DNA from: Eledone cirrhosa
Lineage: Eukaryota
Direction: 5' to 3'
Length of the DNA stretch: 64,000 bases
Assembly: GCA_964016885.1 (NCBI GenBank)
Contig: OZ024756.1
Location: 18,786,001 to 18,850,000 of the forward strand
In this document: positions 57,613 through 64,000 of the stretch, piece after piece
Position numbering within the stretch: position 1 is the first letter of the stretch
Layout: the number at the start of each line of letters is the position of its first letter
Program-made: the position numbers and the translations under genes
The notes under the pieces: model-generated
What the model was told of the DNA's origin: nothing
The model's database searches: none
What the model saw: only the letters and a program-made list of their open reading frames with translations

Positions 57613-58225
57613 TCCTTTGTAAGAAGTATTGTTTCTAGACGATATTTGTCATAACATAAGAAAACTAAAAGTTGCTTTAAAAAGTAGTTGTTTGCTGCTA
57701 AAATGATAAAATAACAATGTAGATAAAATAAAATAAAATTATTTTGGAGTTAAGATAGTTTTTTGGGGTAAGATATAATCTCTACTATTTCACTACTAGA
57801 CGCTGATATAGGTGTTATGACTGGTTACCGTATTATTTTTTACGTAATAGAAATCCAATCAGATGGAAGGTCACGTTTGTATTCATACTGTAGATTAATG
57901 TTGATTTCTTCAATTCTTACCCACCCGCCCAAATCTCGCTTCTGTGAAGGGTGTTGCCTCGAATTTCACGCCATGATAACATCGTATCAAACATTCTTCC
58001 TTTTGGTTTTATAAGAATATTCTTGTCTTTGTTTTGTTTTCTTTTGTTTTCTTTTGTTTTCTTTTATTTTATTTGGTGCGGGATTTGCTTTTGTTTTTCT
58101 TCTGGAAGAGTCAGGAAGTACAAATAATACTGATCATCTTTTTGGTTCTGTTTCGAAAAATAAATAAATATATCTTCTATTTCTTCTTCCTCCTCTTCTT
58201 CCTTTTTCTCTTCCTCATCGCCTAT

Positions 58226-59035
58226 TTATTCCTGGGAGGGTCGTGGGGGCAAAGTTCTCAAACACTCCTTCCAGCGGGTCCTGTCAGAAGAAACTGTCTC
58301 CAAATGATCCGGCTGGATCCCCAAACGTGACCAGCCAAGCTCATGGATGTTATCCAGCCATCTTGCTCGGGGTTTACCCCTCGGTCTCTTTCCGGTTGGG
58401 TTTGCTCGTAAAATCTGACCAGCGATTCTTTCCTGGGACATTCTAACCACATGTCCATAGTATGGGAGCTGTGATCTCTCAATTCGGAGAAGTAGCGGCT
58501 CTACCTGGAGGGACTCCAGCGATTCTTTCCTGGGACATTCTAACCACATGTCCATAGTATCGGAGCTGTGATCGGCTCTACCAGGAGTGACTCCAGCGAT
58601 TCTTTCCTGGGACATTCTAACCACATGTCCATAGTATCGGAGCTGTGATCGGCTCTACCTGGAGGGACTCCAGCGATTCTTTCCTGGGACATTCTAACCA
58701 CATGTCCATAGTATCGGAGCTGTGATCGGCTCTACCTGGAGGGACTCCAGCGATTCTTTCCTGAGACATTCTAACCACATGTCCATAGTATCGGAGCTGT
58801 AATCGGCTCTACCAGGAGTGACTCCAGAGATTCTTTCCTGAGACATTCTTACCACATGCCCATAGTATCAGAGCTGTGATCTCTCAATTCGGAGAAGTAG
58901 CGGCTCTACCTGGAGGGACTCCAGCGATTATTTCCTGGGACATTCTAACCACATGCCCATAGTATCGGAGCTGTGATCTCTCAATTCGGAGAAGTGGCGG
59001 CTCTACATGGAGTGATTCTCTGATCTCAGAGTTAC
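58226..59035 (-). mobile_element. 3' fragment of an RTE LINE with an internally amplified 77/97-bp segment
   Basis: EPLLLRIERSQLRYYGHVVRM..GKRPRGKPRARWLDNI is an RTE C-terminal signature; units start at 58419, 58516, 58593, 58670, 58747, 58824 and 58921. Confidence 0.8.
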
Positions 59036-59052
59036 GCACTTTATATATATAA

Positions 59053-59210
59053 AGGCACATGTATGGCTGTGTGGCTAAAACGTTGGATTTGCAATCAACT
59101 GATTCTGGATTCAACCATGCAGCGTAATATCTTGTACAATAGCATTGCATCTTTTACAATAGCCTTGGGTCGTCTACTATCTTGGGAATGGAACTTGACG
59201 GACATAGACT
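59053..59210 (+). mobile_element. Diverged tRNA-derived SINE head
   Basis: ggcacatgtatggctgtgtggctaaaacgttggatttgcaatc..ggattcaacc. Confidence 0.4.
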
Positions 59211-59625
59211 ATACATATGCCTGTTGCGTTTGCTTGTGTAGATGCATACATACATACTCATGTGCAGACAAGCATACATATTTATAGATAGATATATTTC
59301 TTTATTAGCCACAGGGGCACAAAAGAAGGGGACAGATAAGCAGACAGACAGACAGATATATAGATAGACAGCTAGCCAGCCAGTTGTAAGTGTTTCCATC
59401 CGTGTCAGTGTTTAAGGTGTAAAAATCTGGGTTTTAAAAAAAATATTTGTGTCCTTTAGTGTTACGTAATCTTGCGGTTCGACAAGTAGATATCGATAAA
59501 ATAAGTACGAAGGACAGCATGATCGATTAAAAACACTTGACGGCGGTGACCAGAATAAATGTGTGTGTGTATATATATATATATGTGTGTGTGTAGATAA
59601 ATCTACTAAAATATACGGTAGTGTC

Positions 59626-59757
59626 CATCATTTCTGAGGACGACATGTATATGTGAAGGTATGTATATTTCCTCTGATAATTTGTAATATTTTTACATAG
59701 ATCTATATGATATACATACCAACACACATACATCCCAGAAACGATCGTAAAATGATG
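59626..59757 (+). ncRNA. Type I hammerhead with a greatly extended stem II (family I)
   Basis: CATCATTT-CTGAGGA-[97 nt including ATGTATATGTG/CACACATACAT and GGTATGTATAT/ATATACATACC]-GAAA-CGATCG-TA-AAATGATG. Confidence 0.7.
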
Positions 59758-59938
59758 AATTTTTTAATATAGGGAACTTGTTCTTTGTTTTTATTTCATT
59801 GTTTTTATTAATTTATATATATATATATATATATTTATTTATTTATTTATTTATGTATATATATTGAAGTTTCCGTTGAAAATTGAAAAAGTCATAGGAA
59901 TGAAGAGTGCTCTATGTAAGTTACAGAGCTAAATATTT

Positions 59939-60160
59939 AATGTATAATAAACAATACAGTATAATTACCTCATTACCAGAGGTTTCCCGAATAAGACGAA
60001 TACAAGAAACGTCCGCATTCGTTCGTCAGACAAGGCAATTTAAAACATAGACTATGTTTTAAATTGCCTTGTCTGACGAACGAATGCGGACGTTTCTTGT
60101 ATTCGTCTTTTTCGGGAAACCTCTGGTAATGAGGTCATTATACTGTATTGTTTACTATAC

Positions 60161-60163
<3 letters not shown>
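59939..60163. ncRNA. Palindrome with two divergent hammerheads related to family H: 59967-60036 (-) and 60066-60135 (+)
   Basis: GCCTTGT-CTGACGA-A-CGAAT..ATTCG-G-GAAA-CC/TCT/GG-TA-ATGAGGT. Confidence 0.7.
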
Positions 60164-60206
<43 letters not shown>

Positions 60207-60330
60207 AATCTGAATTTTTCGAATATTAATAATAATATTCGATTCGTTTGCAATTATGCAAACAGCCTCTTTAAGCCATGTGAGGAGAATTACACCACAT
60301 TCTTGCTCTTGTGTTGGCATATAAACAGAA

Positions 60331-60375
60331 CTGCAGACACTAATGTTTCTGGGTGATTACTCTTCATCAGTACAG
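60331..60375 (-). ncRNA. Type I hammerhead (family J)
   Basis: CTGTA-CTGATGA-A-GAGT/AATC/ACCC-A-GAAA-CAT/TA/GTG-TC-TGCAG. Confidence 0.6.
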
Positions 60376-60535
60376 TATACTGTTTACTTGCCAACTGTCA
60401 GAGCTAGTGAAAATATATGATATTTTCTAAAATATACAGTGACAGGTATATACTCTATCATATAGTTACATATATATAACTTTCTTTCCCTTTATCAATA
60501 TAAGACATTTTGTGCCTCTGTTTGTTGTCACCTTG

Positions 60536-60593
<58 letters not shown>

Positions 60594-60633
60594 GAAGTAT
60601 TTCCGTCGGAAAGGTACAGGAAAGATAATTATT

Positions 60634-60692
60634 TCATTTACCAGTGGTTTCTTGAAGGCAGATGTTGTGTCTGTCTTCAGTCGTCAGAATGA
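60634..60692 (-). ncRNA. Type I hammerhead (family H)
   Basis: TCATT-CTGACGA-C-TGAAGACAGA..TCTGCCTTCA-A-GAAA-CC/ACT/GG-TA-AATGA. Confidence 0.75.
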
Positions 60693-60768
60693 TTAAATAA
60701 CATGGTGTTTTTATTAAATATGGATTTGGAAACAAAATTTAGGAAATATGAAAATTGAAAACAAACAC

Positions 60769-60840
<72 letters not shown>

Positions 60841-60902
60841 GTGTAAGAGCATCGAGTGGTCAAACGGCCTACCGCACACGGACGCTTTAAGCACCCTACA
60901 CC

Positions 60903-60944
<42 letters not shown>

Positions 60945-61021
60945 GTTAGACAAGGTTCAATGAATAAAGTTTTACAATAGATTAGAAGCACTCAACAGTT
61001 TGGTTTTCCGGAGTTATTAAT

Positions 61022-61279
61022 ATTAATTCAAAATATTAACAAATATAGACATTCGTGTGATCAAGTATATTTTATTATACATATTTCAGAGGTACAGAGC
61101 TATCTTTAACAGTACGTCCTCATCAGATAAAATAAGATGATGCTTGACTTACCTTGACTAAGTAGATGGTTAAAATTCAGTCATGGCGCTGTTAAAGATA
61201 GCTCAGTACCTCTGAAATATGTATAATAAAATATACTTGATCACACGAATGTCTATATTTGTTAATATTTTGAATTAAT
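61022..61279. ncRNA. Inverted repeat containing a family C-like hammerhead (61070-61132, minus)
   Basis: TTTTAT-CTGATGA-GGACGTAC..GTACCTCT-GAAA-TATGTA-TA-ATAAAA; the right arm starts within stem II. Confidence 0.7.
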
Positions 61280-61805
61280 CATGTTTTTTATATATATTTA
61301 CCTCGGCTGTGTTTGTTTGTTTCTCTCTTACTGCTTCCCCGTTCTCTCTGTTTCTCTCACCTTCTTTCGCCCCCTCTGTCAGTTACACTTTCTCTCGACT
61401 GACCGCTTCCTCGCACTTCCACTCATTCACTCTCTGTTTCTCCCCTTCTCCCTTCCTCCCGTTTGGCTTACAGTGGGTCTCTTCTTGCTTACATCTCACT
61501 CACGTCGGACGGCCTGTACCTTTCGCTCATGAAATCCACCCAGCTTATGCTGACCGGACAACCATGTTGCTTGTTTATTTTCCTATCTTTGGTTTGCTTT
61601 TATCCTTCTATGTTGTTTACTTGTCCCCCTCGCTTTACGCGATTTACTGGTCCCAATAACTTTTTTTAGTTATTGCTCGCACCAACCTGAGGTATATGAT
61701 TTTTAATGCGATGAAATACCAATGATGGTTGGAAAATCACTGACGAAGGACTATTTTTATCATATGTAACCCATGTGCAACCACGCAGTATTCTTCTTTC
61801 TTCTC

Positions 61806-61867
<62 letters not shown>

Positions 61868-61890
61868 ACAAACCCTCCATCTCAAGTCTA

Positions 61891-61926
61891 CTTTTGAAAA
61901 GCATAAGAACTGTGAAACCGGTAAAG
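61891..61926 (+). ncRNA. Minimal hammerhead with U3:A8 core
   Basis: CTT-TTGAAAA-GCA/TAAGAAC/TGT-GAAA-CCGG-TA-AAG; palindromic stem III ACCGGT. Confidence 0.55.
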
Positions 61927-62037
61927 GAAACAAATATTCTTAAAAAGAATCCAGTTACATTTCCGATTTCTTTTCTTTATACTTTCACTCGTGTAGGTCA
62001 CTGTTTTGTTTTTTTTTCATTAAAAATCTCATTTTCT

Positions 62038-62083
<46 letters not shown>

Positions 62084-62492
62084 AGAGTGTACATACAGAT
62101 ATATATGTGTACCTGCGTAAGTATATGTGTGTGCTTATCTTTGTACGTACATTTGAGGGCGCGTGTGTGTGTGTGCGTAAGTAGGAGCGTGTTTACATTT
62201 GAGAGTGTGCGTGTGTACGAGTGTCTATATGTATGCGCTGTACAATTGAGAGTTATGTGTGTGTGCGTGTGTATACATTTGCGAAGATATGGGTGTGCGT
62301 GTGTGCGTGGGTGTATATGTATTTGAGAGTGTATATGTGTGTAATTAGAATGAGCAGGTGTGCTCAGTATCTGTAACACCTTATTTTAACTTCACTCAGG
62401 AATATTTGCTTCATTAGACTGCAGGTGCGCGCGACTATATTATATACATACATGCAATCGGGTGTATATATGCGTGTGCATGTCTGGAAAGG

Positions 62493-62559
<67 letters not shown>

Positions 62560-62561
62560 TG

Positions 62562-62595
<34 letters not shown>

Positions 62596-63177
62596 CATGT
62601 ATATATATATATACATATATGTATATGTATGTATATATATATATGTATATATATATGTATATATATGTATATATATATATGTACACATATATATCTGTAT
62701 GTATATATATATGTATATATATATATATGTACACATATATATCTGTATTTAGGTGTATATATATATATATGTATGTGTATGTATGTGTATATATTTGTAT
62801 GTATGTATGTATGCATATATATATGTATGTATGTGTCTGTGTATATATATATATGTATGTATGTGTCTGTGTATATATATACATGTATGTATGTATGGTC
62901 TGTGTATATATATGTATGTATGTATGTATGTGTCTGTGTATATATATACATGTATGTATGTATGTGTCTGTGTATATATATACATATATGTATGTATGGT
63001 CTGTGTATATATATGTATGTATGTATGTGAATATGAATACATGTACACAAACACATATACATACATTACCTTAAATGTTAAGTGTAAAATCGTGTGTTTG
63101 TATTTTTGCATTCTCTTCCTGATTATTTCTATTCAGGAGATTATACAGTGGTGTGTGTATCTGCTTATATGTATATA

Positions 63178-63223
<46 letters not shown>

Positions 63224-63280
63224 GTATATAATGTTGCCCCAGCATAGTCGCAGTCCATGGGCTGGAACAGGTAAAGGAGC

Positions 63281-63313
<33 letters not shown>

Positions 63314-63407
63314 TATATGCATATTTACACGGTCATATACATGTGTATACACGATCATATATATATATATATATATACACACACGATCATATACATATAT
63401 AAACACG

Positions 63408-63468
<61 letters not shown>

Positions 63469-63729
63469 TATACATACACGATCATATATATATATGTATA
63501 CACACGATCATATATATATATATATAATATATATATACATACACGATCATATATATATATGTATACACACGATCATATATATATATATATATATACACGA
63601 TCATATATATATATGTATACACACGATCTTATATATATATATATACACGATCATATATATATATATACACACGATCATATATATATATATATATACATAC
63701 ACGATCATATATATATATATATACACACG

Positions 63730-63792
<63 letters not shown>

Positions 63793-64000
63793 GATTATAT
63801 ATATATATTTATTTATATATACACGATCATATATACAGACAGCCCACACACAACCATGAGCTTACACATGCAAAATATGCTGACAATTTTCCAAACTACA
63901 GAAAGCTAGTCTAGTTTCTCGACTTTCACTATTTTCTACATTATTTTCATCTTTTTCTTCTATCTCGTTTTATTATTTTTTGTTCTTTTTCTGCGGCTGG

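Noticed and set aside
62400-63148. Possible micro-exons (ag|gaatat..gcag|gt at 62400-62424; ag|gagattatacagtg|gt at about 63135-63148)
   Set aside because: Splice-like dinucleotides alone are insufficient; there is no recognisable protein sequence or transcript evidence.

Overview
AT-rich, microsatellite-saturated animal DNA, probably intronic or intergenic. The (TA)n/(CA)n/(GATA)n density and the SINE types suggest a cephalopod such as Octopus, but this is inference. No host protein-coding exon can be supported, and nearly all long ORFs in the track are translations of simple repeats. Recognisable coding remnants are all transposon-derived: a 5'-truncated, frameshifted Tx1/L1-clade LINE (3151-5220, minus), an internally deleted hAT DNA transposon with TIRs (43572-45612), and RTE/CR1-type fragments. 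There are also many tRNA-derived SINEs, small MITEs and minisatellites. The main hidden signal is more than 30 type I hammerhead ribozyme (HHR) motifs from about 10 sequence families, read by hand. They lie in short non-coding modules inserted into (TA)n tracts, many as divergent fold-back palindromes. They include a 483-nt tandem HHR unit with retrozyme/Penelope-pLTR architecture (31746-32633), whose empty site is visible in an inverted duplicate, and three unrelated motifs with a compensatory U3:A8 core (UUGAAAA). All folds were paired by eye and none has been tested.
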